This document shows, piece by piece, positions 10,701 through 20,814 of a stretch of DNA of 64,000 bases. The DNA lies in IMG/VR virus record IMGVR_UViG_3300015371_000022, one strand, 5' to 3'. The notes beneath the pieces were generated by a model. The model worked only from the letters and a program-made list of their open reading frames with translations, was not told the origin of the DNA and did no database searches. The stretch is from an uncultured virus (IMG/VR IMGVR_UViG_3300015371_000022) (taxonomy: Duplodnaviria; Heunggongvirae; Uroviricota; Caudoviricetes). Made by a program: the position numbers and the translations under genes. Within the stretch, counting starts at the first letter, position 1. Every line of letters begins with the position of its first letter.

Positions 10701-11410
10701 ATCTCCATGATCACCCATTGGAGGTCGTACAGCTGCACTTGCGCACCGGACGGCGTCGACGCCACCGCGATGTCGTACCAATACTCGTTGAAGATCGCAC
10801 CGAACCCGATCATGTCGAGTGTGATCAGCGCGAACGGAATCCGCCCATTCATCGGCAATTGGGCGAAAGTTTTCTCCAGACAAATCTGCGCCCCAATCGT
10901 ACCTTGGCCAAAGACCGGATAACCAAAGTCCGTGCTGCCACGGCGCAGATGCATCCGCAGCCCGCCATTGAGCACATTGTTGGCGACGGTGCCGGTGAAG
11001 CAGACGTAGGCATTGCCGGTGTTCTGGAAGTAGAACGGAATCTGCAGACCCTGGTGCCGCATAATATTGTCGAACGGCCCAGTCGGACTGGCGTAGCTCT
11101 GACTGATCGCCTGGAAGATGCCGCCTGGTCCTTGCGGCCCGGTCGGCCCCTCTGCCGCTGCCGGACCAGTCTCGCCAACTCCCGCCGGCCCAGTCATCCC
11201 GCGCGGTCCGGTCGGTCCGGTTTCGCTGTTTCCCACCGGCCCGGTCATGCCCGTGAACCCAGTCGGCCCGGTCGCCCCAGTCGCACCGACCGCTGCTGCC
11301 GCACCCGCAGCCCCGGTCGGTCCGGTCGGACCGCCAGCCGGTCCGGTTGGACCGCCGACAAGTACTACCGGATAGGCCGCAACAGGCGCAGGAATCGGCA
11401 GGTCGGACAT
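10697..11410 (-). CDS. Collagen-like protein with globular C-terminal head
   Basis: [16 protein letters not shown] then GPT repeats; AGGAG RBS. Confidence 0.7.
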   Translation of the reverse strand: MSDLPIPAPVAAYPVVLVGGPTGPAGGPTGPTGAAGAAAAVGATGATGPTGFTGMTGPVGNSETGPTGPRGMTGPAGVGETGPAAAEGPTGPQGPGGIFQAISQSYASPTGPFDNIMRHQGLQIPFYFQNTGNAYVCFTGTVANNVLNGGLRMHLRRGSTDFGYPVFGQGTIGAQICLEKTFAQLPMNGRIPFALITLDMIGFGAIFNEYWYDIAVASTPSGAQVQLYDLQWVIMEI

Positions 11411-11419
11411 CGATGCTCC

Positions 11420-11551
11420 TTAGAGGAACGGATGGATGACGAACACGCTCGACACGGTCACGACCGACTCCATGACGACCACGCCGTACAGCATCGACTC
11501 GTTGTCGGTCGACTCGGTCAGATAGAGAGCTCCCATCATGGTCGCGATCAT
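11420..11551 (-). CDS. Small hypothetical protein (43 aa; not in ORF track)
   Basis: [47 protein letters not shown] overlap with the upstream gene and fills the gap. Confidence 0.45.
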   Translation of the reverse strand: MIATMMGALYLTESTDNESMLYGVVVMESVVTVSSVFVIHPFL

Positions 11552-14121
11552 GACAACCTCAACTTCGGATCGATGAAATAGGGCACTGCCGCACGACCGA
11601 CGCGTGGATAGGCGTAGAGGTAACCCTTTTGCTGCAGCTGTGGCGAAGTCAGCGCCAAGGACTGCGAGAACCGGCAGCCAGCTCGCATGGTGGCACTGCC
11701 ATCGGCCACCGAACCGCCATCCACCGTCGAGCCATAACCAATCGCAAACGGCCCCGCCAAGAACCCGGTCGGTGGAGTGAAAGCAAAAGCCGACTGACCA
11801 AAATTAGAAGTGAACGCCAGCAAGCTGCCAGCATTGCCGCTGCCGGTCAGGTAGGCAAAACCGAACGCAGCATTGGTCGGAAACAACGACGAGATGTCGA
11901 AGCCACCGATATTGTTGGCTGGATCGTGACTGGCATTACCATTCCAATTGCCGCCATTGAGCCGGACGTGGAATTTCTTGTTAGTCAGATCGATCGCAAA
12001 ACACCAGACATCATTGAGCACCAGCGCAGAAAGCACACTGAGCGTGCGCGTACCGCAGGCCCACACCGTGCCCTGCTGATCGATGGTCGCACCGACATTG
12101 GTGTAATTGCTGAATGCTCCGGCTCCCGTGATGATCCCACACACCCCGGTCGGATAACCGAGAAACTGCTCGATGTGGGTGTTCTTGTGCTCGAAATAGA
12201 ACTTGCCGCTAGTCTGCGCCGCAGTGGTCCGGATCCCGCCCGCCGTCGCACCAGATTTGGTGACGGTCAACTTGTCGGCACTCAGATTGAGCACGGCATC
12301 GGCATCAAGCGTATTCCACACACCCAACCCATCGGCCGGCTCGTTTGCCCCGGTCGTCCCGGCTCCGGTGCAGAAGAACACCCGACCCAGATTGCTAGCA
12401 TGCTTGACCGCATCACCGACGACATAAGCGGTCGACCTGGCCACCGCTGGCACCTGGCTGTCCCAAGCCGAGCTGTCGGACGACAACCCACTTGGTGCCG
12501 ACAACACCGATGCCTTGCTGCCACGCTTGTACGATCCCCGCGGTGAAGACGCCGAGCCGAGATACTCGAGCACCACGTAGAGCTCATCGTTGTTCGGCAC
12601 GCGAATGTCGTTGGCGATCCCGTAGAGCGTGACGTTGCGATCAGTGTTGATGATGTCATTCCAAATTACCAGCGGCCAACAATTGAACACAGCGTAAGGA
12701 ATGCTGGTGGGTGAAATCATCACATTACGATGGGAAATCGGCGTGTTACCGTCGACGGCACCGCCTGTCCGCACGATGTTAGTCGCGATCGATTCCACTC
12801 CCAGGCTGGTATGCCGCTCGTTCTTATAGTTGGTACCATCGCTGGCACAGCGCACCAGGTCGAGCACAAAGCCGGGGAACATATTGCTGTCGCCACTGAC
12901 GAACACCGGACCCATATTGGCCGGAAGTTTGCAATCCTTGATCAGCATGTAACCGGCCAGGCCGCGCGACATAAGCGAGGCACCGGCAGCAAGATTGCTG
13001 AAATCGCTGCCTTCGATGGTGACATTCCCAGCCAAGCTTGGGCCGGTAAAGATCGCCTGGGTGCCACTGCCGAGCACACCGGTAAAAGCACAGTTCTCCA
13101 TCTTGATGATGCCAACACCCAGCGAAATAAGCTGACCGGCAGCAGCGAGATTGAACGTGCAATCCTTGAACTCAGCTTGTGTCCCGTTGACCGAAGTCGC
13201 CCGGTTGATCCTGATCTGTAAACCAGTGTTAGTGTTGGTCAGCGAGAACAGACAATTATCAAAGCGTGCCTGGCACAAATTGCCGCCGAGAATATCGAAT
13301 GTGCCGGTACCGGCATTGATGAACTGCAGGCCGTAAACATAGCTCGCAGAGTTCTGAAAAAGTGCAAATACCGCCGTACTGCTGATCGTAAATGTCGCCG
13401 TTGTCCTGGCATCGGCAGGGCCAGGCGGCAGCGTGACCGTGTGATCGACACAAATGACGGATCCGTTGGTCACACTGCTGGGCAAGATTTGCATCGTGCC
13501 GGACGAAATCGTCTCGGCATGATCGTCGCCCACATAGGTGACCATGCCGTTATTCGAAGTCCAACTTGTACTGCTGGACCAGATGCTCGCCAACCGCGCA
13601 GCCGGTGCAGCCCAACGAGTTGTAAAATTGCCAACCGGACCAAGACATAACCAAGTGATAAAATTTTCAACCGTTGTCGCACCCGGCGTCGTGTTCCAGG
13701 TCGGTTCGGTCGCAGCACCGTTGCTACCAGTTTGATTGATAAAGTAATGTGTACGCGCTGTATTCGTGATGATGCAACCAGTTGCAGTAGCAACCTGACT
13801 TGCTTGCCACGAATTTGTATTTGCCAAATCGCCATTCATCGCCGGCAGGGCCGTACACTCCTGCCACTTCGGCCCAGCAGCTTCAGTGATAATCACACCC
13901 TTGCCAGGCGAAGCACCCCACGTTGGTTCAGACGCCAACGATGTCCCAGCAAGAATACAAACGAAACAACGCTCGTTCGTAACTGTCGGTGCAGTGCGCT
14001 GCCGAATAATCTGTCCAACGGTGTAAGCTGTGCTTGCAGTCCAGCGCGCCACACCACCATCAGCACCGGATGGGCCGTAAGCCACCGAGTCAACGTAGAG
14101 CGATTTCTCGGTATAAGCCAT
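11548..14121 (-). CDS. Large tail spike / receptor-binding protein (beta-helix plus SPRY/ConA-like domain)
   Basis: ATG at 14121 in TAATG overlap; [11 protein letters not shown] / STAYVVGD repeats, F-x-N-C-x-F beta-helix rungs, SPRY-like SGKFYFE...[10 protein letters not shown]...[15 protein letters not shown]. Confidence 0.65.
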   Translation of the reverse strand: MAYTEKSLYVDSVAYGPSGADGGVARWTASTAYTVGQIIRQRTAPTVTNERCFVCILAGTSLASEPTWGASPGKGVIITEAAGPKWQECTALPAMNGDLANTNSWQASQVATATGCIITNTARTHYFINQTGSNGAATEPTWNTTPGATTVENFITWLCLGPVGNFTTRWAAPAARLASIWSSSTSWTSNNGMVTYVGDDHAETISSGTMQILPSSVTNGSVICVDHTVTLPPGPADARTTATFTISSTAVFALFQNSASYVYGLQFINAGTGTFDILGGNLCQARFDNCLFSLTNTNTGLQIRINRATSVNGTQAEFKDCTFNLAAAGQLISLGVGIIKMENCAFTGVLGSGTQAIFTGPSLAGNVTIEGSDFSNLAAGASLMSRGLAGYMLIKDCKLPANMGPVFVSGDSNMFPGFVLDLVRCASDGTNYKNERHTSLGVESIATNIVRTGGAVDGNTPISHRNVMISPTSIPYAVFNCWPLVIWNDIINTDRNVTLYGIANDIRVPNNDELYVVLEYLGSASSPRGSYKRGSKASVLSAPSGLSSDSSAWDSQVPAVARSTAYVVGDAVKHASNLGRVFFCTGAGTTGANEPADGLGVWNTLDADAVLNLSADKLTVTKSGATAGGIRTTAAQTSGKFYFEHKNTHIEQFLGYPTGVCGIITGAGAFSNYTNVGATIDQQGTVWACGTRTLSVLSALVLNDVWCFAIDLTNKKFHVRLNGGNWNGNASHDPANNIGGFDISSLFPTNAAFGFAYLTGSGNAGSLLAFTSNFGQSAFAFTPPTGFLAGPFAIGYGSTVDGGSVADGSATMRAGCRFSQSLALTSPQLQQKGYLYAYPRVGRAAVPYFIDPKLRLS

Positions 14122-14921
14122 TACTGCAGCGCCTTCACACTGTAGGAATAGACACCGTTCACCCCCCACATCATCAGCGAGAACATGTGCCCGGTGATGG
14201 TGTCGAGCGCATCACCGACATTGCCGCCCACCGTCCAACCGGTGAACGTGATCGCGCCGGCACCGGACTGATTGAAGACCGTCAGGATGCAGCTGCCTGG
14301 CTGCGACGGCGCGGTGATGGTGAACGCCCCAGCGTTGTTGACGTACTGGATCGGATTGCGTCCGAAATCGACAGTGATATTGCCGGTCACGTACTGGTAG
14401 GGCGTCGACACCACGCCACCGCTGAGAGCTTGCCCAGTGGCTCCAAGCAGCATGGCACCAGGCTGAATCGGCCCGGTTGCACCGGTCGGACCAAGCCCTC
14501 CTACCGGCCCGGTCGGTCCACCCGCCGGTCCGGTCGGTCCGGGAGCTCCAGTTGCTCCGGTGTTGGTGGCAAGTCCAGTTGCACCTGGGGTACCAGTCGG
14601 TCCAGTCGGGCCACCAGCAGGCCCCTGGATGCCAGGAAGGCCCTGAATGCCCTGCTCACCGGTCGGACCTACAATCGTCTCGCCTTGCGGCCCTGTGAAG
14701 CCTGTGGAGCCGGTGGGGCCAGTAACAGTGCTACCTGGTCCAGTCGGACCGGTTGGAGCTCGCGGTCCTGTCGGTCCCGTAAACGAGACACCAGGAGCTC
14801 CGGAGGGGCCAGTTGATCCAGTGAGTCCGCTCGACGGACCAGTCGGTCCCGTGGCTCCGAAAATAGGAACAACAGGCCAGGCTGCAACGGGAGCATCATC
14901 GCTGTTCTTGATCGGGCTCAC
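14121..14921 (-). CDS. Collagen-like fibre protein
   Basis: GTG at 14921 in GTGA overlap; APVAAWPVV then GPT repeats; C-terminal ITVDF...[11 protein letters not shown] head. Confidence 0.7.
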   Translation of the reverse strand: MSPIKNSDDAPVAAWPVVPIFGATGPTGPSSGLTGSTGPSGAPGVSFTGPTGPRAPTGPTGPGSTVTGPTGSTGFTGPQGETIVGPTGEQGIQGLPGIQGPAGGPTGPTGTPGATGLATNTGATGAPGPTGPAGGPTGPVGGLGPTGATGPIQPGAMLLGATGQALSGGVVSTPYQYVTGNITVDFGRNPIQYVNNAGAFTITAPSQPGSCILTVFNQSGAGAITFTGWTVGGNVGDALDTITGHMFSLMMWGVNGVYSYSVKALQ

Positions 14922-15316
14922 GGTGGATATGTCACCCCCTGCGTCACCTCGACGGTGCCGTGTAGCAGCGGCACTCGAGTGGCAGGGTTGCTGGCATCCA
15001 CCATCACCAGATCGTAGACATAGCAACCCGGCTTCAGGCTGGCCTGGATGTCGTCCGGCGCGACATTGAAGTGGATCACCCGCTGGTAGACATCATCGAT
15101 GACAATCCGACCGTCGGCAGTTGACATCTGCAACAACGGCGTCTGGTCGTACCGGTTCAGCTGCACGTCCATCTCGAACCCCTGGCCCTCGAGATTCCAC
15201 TCGTAGCCGTTGGGCGCACCGAACTGGGTGGCATCCATCCAGGTGCCGTTATTGTCGATCTTGAAGTCGAGATGCGCCGAGGTGACCGAGTGACCGTTAC
15301 ATCCACACCGAGACAT
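14918..15316 (-). CDS. Putative fibre/baseplate adaptor (Ig-like)
   Basis: [11 protein letters not shown]...YVYDLVMVD...[13 protein letters not shown], a common phage adaptor pattern. Confidence 0.55.
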   Translation of the reverse strand: MSRCGCNGHSVTSAHLDFKIDNNGTWMDATQFGAPNGYEWNLEGQGFEMDVQLNRYDQTPLLQMSTADGRIVIDDVYQRVIHFNVAPDDIQASLKPGCYVYDLVMVDASNPATRVPLLHGTVEVTQGVTYPP

Positions 15317-15319
15317 GAA

Positions 15320-16003
15320 TCACCTCAGCATTCCCGACGGATGAATGTTGAACGTGCTCACACCGCCACGCTGGCTCGAGACGTGAAAGTTGCGCGGGAA
15401 CACCCAGTTCTGCGCACCGACGGTGTTCGCCTTCATCGTCGCCACGCGAGCGTGCGCGATGCCATCGCGGAATTTCTGGGTGTGGTAGTTGGCCATCTGC
15501 GGATTAGAGAAGCTTGTCCCCGGCTGCAGCATCATCTCGCCCAGCACACCGTGCAGCAGCGTGAGGTAATGCGCCGGCAGCAGCCACTCCGGCACGCCCG
15601 GTGGATAGCAAGTCAGCGGGTCGGTGACGGTCTTGATCAGAAACGCCGCCATCGGCTGGGTCTGGCTGTACGGGTACTGAAACCGTACCGTGCCGATCTC
15701 CGGCATGATCGCCGCCTGCGGCACCCGGTTCTGATCGAGCACACCAAGGAGCCGCAGGATGCGGCCGCCATTCACCGGATAGAGCGGATAGTCGAGCGTC
15801 TCCGAGACGACGTTGAAGACAATGACCTCCTGCCAGCAGTTCGACTCGTCGAAGAACCGCTGCAAGGTGTCGAACAGCTGGGCCTTGAGGCCGACATCGG
15901 AGGCACCCGACAAGGAAACTTTGGCCTGACCGAGCAACTGCGCCCAATAGGTATCGCAGGGATCGCACTGCGGGTCGTCAGCTTTGCTTTTGCGCTTTCT
16001 CAT
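15320..16003 (-). CDS. Head-tail adaptor / tail tubular protein A-like
   Basis: 227 aa; LQRFFDESNCWQE and LLHGVLGEMMLQPGTSFSNPQMANYH motifs; follows the capsid. Confidence 0.6.
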   Translation of the reverse strand: MRKRKSKADDPQCDPCDTYWAQLLGQAKVSLSGASDVGLKAQLFDTLQRFFDESNCWQEVIVFNVVSETLDYPLYPVNGGRILRLLGVLDQNRVPQAAIMPEIGTVRFQYPYSQTQPMAAFLIKTVTDPLTCYPPGVPEWLLPAHYLTLLHGVLGEMMLQPGTSFSNPQMANYHTQKFRDGIAHARVATMKANTVGAQNWVFPRNFHVSSQRGGVSTFNIHPSGMLR

Positions 16004-16455
16004 CCGCCCTTCCCAGTCCGTTTGCCTGACGGCGGCGAACCACCAGTGACCGGGCCGAGCCCGTGCCCAACCAGCCCCTGGGTGAACATCCCGAGGAACG
16101 CCGTCGACCGTGAATCCTGGTAATCCTCCTGGTCACGCTCGAGCGCATGACCGACGATCCCGTGCAGGATGGCGAGCCGGAACGCCGGCTCCATCTCGAC
16201 ATAGGTGTCGTCGACTTCGGTGAACGCAGGGATCTGGCCGCTGACCGCCAGGTTGAACACGAACAGGTCCGACCGCAGCCGGCTGGCCTCGAGCATGGTC
16301 AGGTTGAGCGCACGCAATAGCGACAGGTCGTCATAGCGATAGCCAGGAACGACGTCCTGCAGCAGCGTGCGTGCGTCTTCGACGTAATCAGCCACGCTAT
16401 TGAGCGTGGGCTGATCCTTGTCGGAAAAATTGCCGTGGTATGCAGGACTTGCCAC
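16000..16455 (-). CDS. Head-tail adaptor protein
   Basis: VADYVEDARTLLQD...RYDD..LL..LN....E..RLRSDLF; GAGGAG RBS; directly after the capsid gene. Confidence 0.6.
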   Translation of the reverse strand: MASPAYHGNFSDKDQPTLNSVADYVEDARTLLQDVVPGYRYDDLSLLRALNLTMLEASRLRSDLFVFNLAVSGQIPAFTEVDDTYVEMEPAFRLAILHGIVGHALERDQEDYQDSRSTAFLGMFTQGLVGHGLGPVTGGSPPSGKRTGKGG

Positions 16456-16484
16456 CCTAGGCTCCTCTGGCGAGGAGCCTAGGG
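16455..16484 (-). terminator. 13-bp hairpin after the capsid gene that sequesters the downstream RBS
   Basis: ccctaggctcctc-tggc-gaggagcctaggg perfect inverted repeat containing GAGGAG and the first base of the GTG start; no U-tract, so attenuator/RBS gate rather than classic terminator. Confidence 0.65.
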
Positions 16485-16508
16485 GGAAAGTCTTAAGAAA
16501 CGCTTAAG
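16476..16508 (-). promoter_or_regulatory. CtrA-type late promoter 2
   Basis: cttaagaaacgcttaag at 16492-16508; 10 nt then TAGGCT on the minus strand. Confidence 0.75.
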
Positions 16509-16510
16509 GC

Positions 16511-17518
16511 TCAGTTCAGGACGATCTGGGCCTGCGCCAGGGCGGTGTTATCGACCACCTGGTAGCCATAGACCTGCAGACCCCGGAGGATCTGCCCGAA
16601 CGTGAGCTCGCTGCGCAGCGTCTCCACCTTGCTGATCTGCGAAGCAAACGTCAGCGCGTGGGCATGTCCCGCGTAGACCGGTTGCTCGCCGGCCGCAAAG
16701 TTGGTGGCGTCCGTCGCACTCGAGGGCAACAGGTTGGAGATGTAGATCGTGAACCGATCGATCTGACCCAACCGCCCATTGCGCAGCATCGAGGTGCCGT
16801 CACCCGACACATAGACCTGCCGGAGCTCGGACTGCTTGATGTAGCGACCGGCGGCCGCCGACATCACCACCCAGCGACCCTGCTCTGGGATGTTCTGCTC
16901 ATCGAGCACCTGGCCGAGCCGCAACAGGACGTCGGTGATGCTGATGTCAGTGCCGAGAACCGGATAGCCTTTCACCGCCAACGGCGTGCCCTTGACGCCG
17001 AGATTGAGGTTGCCGGAGATCACGCCAGCAGCCGCACCGCGGTTCTTGGCGTTCGCCTGCACCACAATGCCGCCGAGGACGTCGCGATCGACCACGATCT
17101 TCAGCTGCTGGGCCGCATCGTCCGACCACATGCTGAGGATGTTGAGATCCGACTGCACCTCCATCACGTCATCGAGAATCAACGAAAAATATTTCCCGAT
17201 GCCGATATACAACTCCACCGAGCCACCGGACGGACGATCGAGCGCGAGCAAGCCGTCAGCCAGGTAGTCGCGGATAGTGACCGTGGGCTTGGTGCGAATC
17301 TTCACACGATCGCCCATGTTTGCAATCTCGCCCTCGTAGTCGGTGTTGCTGATCGCTGCGAGGACGGTGCTCGCATAAAACTTCTCGACCAACTTAGCAC
17401 TCCAAATTTCCGGAATGAATCCAGTAGCTTGGAGGGTATTGGCGGTACTGCCAGTCGGATAAAGTGCAGGAGTACTGCCAGCAGTGGCAATACCAAACCC
17501 CGTGCTGGGAATAGGCAT
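16511..17518 (-). CDS. Major capsid protein
   Basis: 335 aa; FIPEIWSAKLVEKFY...NTDYEGEI...GDRVKI...RGLQVYGYQV typical HK97-fold capsid; follows the scaffold. Confidence 0.9.
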   Translation of the reverse strand: MPIPSTGFGIATAGSTPALYPTGSTANTLQATGFIPEIWSAKLVEKFYASTVLAAISNTDYEGEIANMGDRVKIRTKPTVTIRDYLADGLLALDRPSGGSVELYIGIGKYFSLILDDVMEVQSDLNILSMWSDDAAQQLKIVVDRDVLGGIVVQANAKNRGAAAGVISGNLNLGVKGTPLAVKGYPVLGTDISITDVLLRLGQVLDEQNIPEQGRWVVMSAAAGRYIKQSELRQVYVSGDGTSMLRNGRLGQIDRFTIYISNLLPSSATDATNFAAGEQPVYAGHAHALTFASQISKVETLRSELTFGQILRGLQVYGYQVVDNTALAQAQIVLN

Positions 17519-17577
17519 TGAGGTAGCCCCTCTGTTTGGGAGCTACCCCATCAGTTCATACCTGGCGCAGCCCCCGG

Positions 17578-18615
17578 TTAATCCCGGATGCGCCCTTCTC
17601 TTTGAGCTGCGAAGATATCTGCCTCGGTACGAGCCCACTCGGCCTCGCGACCGAGAAAAGCCTTTCTCCGATTCAGTCGGTAAAGCTCTGCGATCTGAGC
17701 GCGTGTGTAGGTCGGCTTGTCGGTCGGCAACGAGGCACTGCCTCCAGTTGCCGGTCGGGCGCGACCAGGAGCCGCCAGGGTGGCCAGGGGTATCGCCGGC
17801 TCCCTAGGCGGTACTACCGGGCTGGGAGAAGGCTCTGGCGTGTGACCTGTAGCTGCTTCCTCGTTAAGGAAGCTTTCGAAGAAATGCGCCACTCTAGGGG
17901 CAGAGCCGGCTGAAATGGCGTCATTCAACAGCGTCTGTCTAACACGACCAGAAAGGACGTCAATACCTAACAGCCAGCGGTGCCAGCGCGGATTGCGATC
18001 GATCTCGCGGAAATTCGGCACCCTGGCCTCGACCGCGATATCCATCGCCCGCCGGTCCTGCTTGGCCAGCCGCTGCCGAAGCTCCTTGTTCTGCTGCTCG
18101 AGTGTCTGGATGTGCGGAGACACCGTCTGCAGTGCCGCTCGAGCAGCGACGTCGAGCAAATCACGGCCGTAATTCTGCTCATCTTCCTTCGTCAGATACT
18201 GCCGGGGCTTCGGGGATGGTGTGCGTCGTTGTGGCTCCGAAGGCTGTCTAGCGACAACGTCGTTGAAGTACTTCTCCTGCAGTTCGCCGAGATCTTGCTT
18301 CAGTTGCTCGTTTTCTGCGCGTTCCCGCCCTTCCTTCGACAGGGCGCGGCTCTTCCAAGTGTTCGAGTTCGGATCGGCGTCTTCAGGTGATTCGGGGGCG
18401 GCTGGCTGCGCAACAGGTGCCGGCGGAGCTTGGGTCGGGGGGGCTTCACCAGGCGAGGTCGGCACCTGCGCAGCCGGAGCGCCGGGACCGGGCTCCGGAG
18501 TTTGGGAATATAGTGCGTCAACGGCCGCCGCGCGCTTGCGCACGGCTTCCGGAATGTCCTTGGGATCGTACGACAGCTTGGCTGCCGGTTCGGCGTCTAC
18601 GACAACATCAACCAT
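17578..18615 (-). CDS. Capsid scaffolding protein
   Basis: Pro-rich linker plus coiled coil, C-terminal EADIFAAQREGRI; immediately upstream of the capsid gene. Confidence 0.75.
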   Translation of the reverse strand: MVDVVVDAEPAAKLSYDPKDIPEAVRKRAAAVDALYSQTPEPGPGAPAAQVPTSPGEAPPTQAPPAPVAQPAAPESPEDADPNSNTWKSRALSKEGRERAENEQLKQDLGELQEKYFNDVVARQPSEPQRRTPSPKPRQYLTKEDEQNYGRDLLDVAARAALQTVSPHIQTLEQQNKELRQRLAKQDRRAMDIAVEARVPNFREIDRNPRWHRWLLGIDVLSGRVRQTLLNDAISAGSAPRVAHFFESFLNEEAATGHTPEPSPSPVVPPREPAIPLATLAAPGRARPATGGSASLPTDKPTYTRAQIAELYRLNRRKAFLGREAEWARTEADIFAAQREGRIRD

Positions 18616-18823
18616 TCTTGGCTTTCTCCAACGCTTGGAATATCGCCTTGCACTGCTGGGCGTGCCCCTGCGCGCGCTGCAGGTTGTCTGGCGGACTGTC
18701 GACCAGGGTCTCGTACTGGCGCTCGGTGTAGTCGGCGAACGCTGTGCAGAAACCCTGAAATGCCGACGGCGAGGCGTTCCGCAGGAAACGCGCGTGTTTC
18801 TCCAAATCGATCAGCGTGCTCAC
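18608..18823 (-). CDS. Small head-assembly protein
   Basis: 71 aa with LQRAQGHAQ motif typical of the small gene preceding podovirus scaffolds. Confidence 0.55.
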   Translation of the reverse strand: MSTLIDLEKHARFLRNASPSAFQGFCTAFADYTERQYETLVDSPPDNLQRAQGHAQQCKAIFQALEKAKNG

Positions 18824-19551
18824 TCATCACCATCGTTGTCCGGCGGCATCAGCGCCGTTGGCCCGCGCGAGGGAGCCTGACCCATCGGTACCGGGGGCGC
18901 GGGCTCATCCATGTCCGGCTCTGGTTCCGGCGCAGAAGGCTTGGGATAGCGATTCGCCATCCCTTGCATGGGATCACCCCCGGTCAGCGTCTCGGAGCCA
19001 CCAGGGCCTCTCCTTTGCTCGCTGGCACCCTTCCCGACGTGGGTGGTGATCCCGCCTCGCCCGATCGGCGTGAGATCCTTCTTGAATGGTCTACGTGCCA
19101 TAGGGATCAAACCCTCCTGGTCCGATCGGCCCGACAATGCTGGCCCCGCGGATGCCCATGTCAGGTCCAGTGGCAAACGGCGTACCGCCCTTGCCATACT
19201 CCCGGGTAGAAGTCGGCTTGATCCGCGGTGGACCCTGCACCGCCTTGGCCGGATCAAGCATCTTCGGACGCCCGAGCGGTCGGGGCGTGCGCGGAATTAT
19301 CGGTGCCATCAGCGTGCGCTCGTGCGACCGGGCTGCTGCGACTGCGCCCCGGAGAAGCCGAACATCTTGCCGTTGCCACCTTCGGCGAACTTCGGCCCGG
19401 GAGCCGAGCTCGGATCCTTGCCGGTATTCCCCGGCTTGTCGGGGCCAGCTGCCTGCTTGCCGAACATATGACCGTCGCCGCCCTCGGCGAACGTCACGTC
19501 GTGCTGGGCTTCCTTCTTGGTCGTATTGACCGAGAGCTTGTTAGCGCGCAT
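18820..19551 (-). CDS. Three small Gly/Pro-rich hypothetical proteins (18820-19101, 19091-19309, 19309-19551)
   Basis: Coupled minus-strand ORFs downstream of late promoter 3; the first has a GGAGG RBS and a repeated FAEGG motif. Confidence 0.55.
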
Positions 19552-19593
19552 AAAAAATCCTCCACGACCGTTGCAAGGTTGCGTCGTGGAGGA
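19552..19593 (-). terminator. Intrinsic terminator whose 3' arm is the RBS of the next gene
   Basis: Minus strand tcctccacgac-N14-gtcgtggagga-TTTTTT-ATG; perfect 11-bp stem. Confidence 0.75.
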
Positions 19594-19625
19594 AGTTAGG
19601 CGCTAAATCTTAAGAAATTGTTAAG
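19593..19625 (-). promoter_or_regulatory. CtrA-type late promoter 3
   Basis: cttaagaaattgttaag at 19609-19625; 10 nt then TAACTT on the minus strand. Confidence 0.75.
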
Positions 19626-19803
19626 GCGACCTGGGAACGTCGACCCGATGCTCGCGAGTCATCTCTAACCCCAGCCGGTAAACGACATGGCGCAGATGGT
19701 GCCAGAGCGAGTGGGCGAGCTCACCCTTCGCCTCAAGCTCCTGGAAATCCTCCAGAGCGTGCCGCGCATGCCGGTAGGCATGCCGTAAGTTCTCATCACT
19801 CAT
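19621..19803 (-). CDS. Small His-rich hypothetical protein
   Basis: MSDENLRHAYRHARH...; ATGA overlap with the upstream membrane gene. Confidence 0.45.
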   Translation of the reverse strand: MSDENLRHAYRHARHALEDFQELEAKGELAHSLWHHLRHVVYRLGLEMTREHRVDVPRSP

Positions 19804-20018
19804 GGCAGCTTCGGCATCCGAGGTGCCCCGCCGCCGACCAGGATGCTGATCAGGTAAATCAACGCAATCAGCAAGATCACCACCCAGATGCCCTTCTTCA
19901 CCATCTCCGGGATCGGGTAAATAAAGCTCTCGATCACCCAGATCGCCAAATAGACGATCCCGGCCAGGATGATCAGACCCACCAAGAACCACAAAATTCC
20001 AATTGCGATCTCAGCCAT
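19800..20018 (-). CDS. Two-TM membrane protein, holin candidate
   Basis: 72 aa, two hydrophobic helices, near the endolysin; GGAGG RBS. Confidence 0.55.
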   Translation of the reverse strand: MAEIAIGILWFLVGLIILAGIVYLAIWVIESFIYPIPEMVKKGIWVVILLIALIYLISILVGGGAPRMPKLP

Positions 20019-20027
20019 GTTGGCCTC

Positions 20028-20249
20028 CTATTTATCGGCCGTCGCTGCTTTCACAGCCCACATTGCAGCATTCTCGTAGTGAGTCATTGCCAGCGCCCAG
20101 CAACGGATAACTTCGCCTTTGAAATCAGTATCGATCTGACCCTGATTGCAGAGGTCGATGAGTTCGGCCGTCTTAACCTTGATCTGACCAACCAGATCAT
20201 CCTTCGACGGATTGAAGTCCAAACGAACGCGAGTTGTTCCCAGTGTCAT
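20028..20249 (-). CDS. Acb2/Tad1-like helical-hairpin protein (candidate anti-defence sponge)
   Basis: MTLGTTRVRLDFNPS...RCWALAMTHYENAAMWAVKA resembles the R-x-x-x-LA-x-T-x-x-E-x-A-x-MW hairpin motif; GGAG RBS. Confidence 0.5.
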   Translation of the reverse strand: MTLGTTRVRLDFNPSKDDLVGQIKVKTAELIDLCNQGQIDTDFKGEVIRCWALAMTHYENAAMWAVKAATADK

Positions 20250-20253
20250 TGGT

Positions 20254-20814
20254 TCACTCCCAGCTAATGCGATCAATGGTCGTTGGACCCTTGTACCCTC
20301 TTTGCCACACGAACCAAGCGAACGGCATTGCACTCGATGCCTTCGGTCCCTCCCAGCCCTTCCTGTGCATCATCGGCAGGCGGTTGCGAAACACATGAAT
20401 GCGCGCCAGGCCGGAGTGCTCCAGGATGTCGGTACGCTTCACACTCTCCAGGAATGCCAGCCGCAGCAACATGATCACCAGCGGACTAAATTCGAGTGCC
20501 TTACGAACGAATGCTTCCGCCAGCTGATATGGCGGATTGGTCACAACTGCGTCAGTCGTCCGATGACCAGCAGTCAAAAAATCGATGCCTGATAACCCGC
20601 AACCGTATTGATGCAAATCCGTGGCAAACACCTCGTGTCCGTGATCACGGAGAACCTTGACAATCGACCCTGGCCCGCACGCCGGTTCCCACACAGAATG
20701 AGGGAGACTCTCGACGCGCAAGAGCGCCTCAACGGCGCAAGCCGGAGTTTCGTAGCAGTCATCACCACGATCCTTGTAAGAATGCTGTCCTGCTTGGGCG
20801 GATTTATCGAGCAT
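20254..20814 (-). CDS. SAM-dependent DNA adenine methyltransferase-like protein
   Basis: YETP, WEPACGPG (motif I), VVTNPPY (motif IV). Confidence 0.8.
   Translation of the reverse strand: MLDKSAQAGQHSYKDRGDDCYETPACAVEALLRVESLPHSVWEPACGPGSIVKVLRDHGHEVFATDLHQYGCGLSGIDFLTAGHRTTDAVVTNPPYQLAEAFVRKALEFSPLVIMLLRLAFLESVKRTDILEHSGLARIHVFRNRLPMMHRKGWEGPKASSAMPFAWFVWQRGYKGPTTIDRISWE

Noticed and set aside
9290..11360. Repetitive ggtccggtcgg / ccggtcggtcc DNA as a CRISPR or iteron array
   Set aside because: Explained by GPT collagen codons; no constant repeat-spacer periodicity and no cas operon
6918..14921. Diversity-generating retroelement acting on tail fibres
   Set aside because: No reverse transcriptase and no template/variable repeat pair seen in the window
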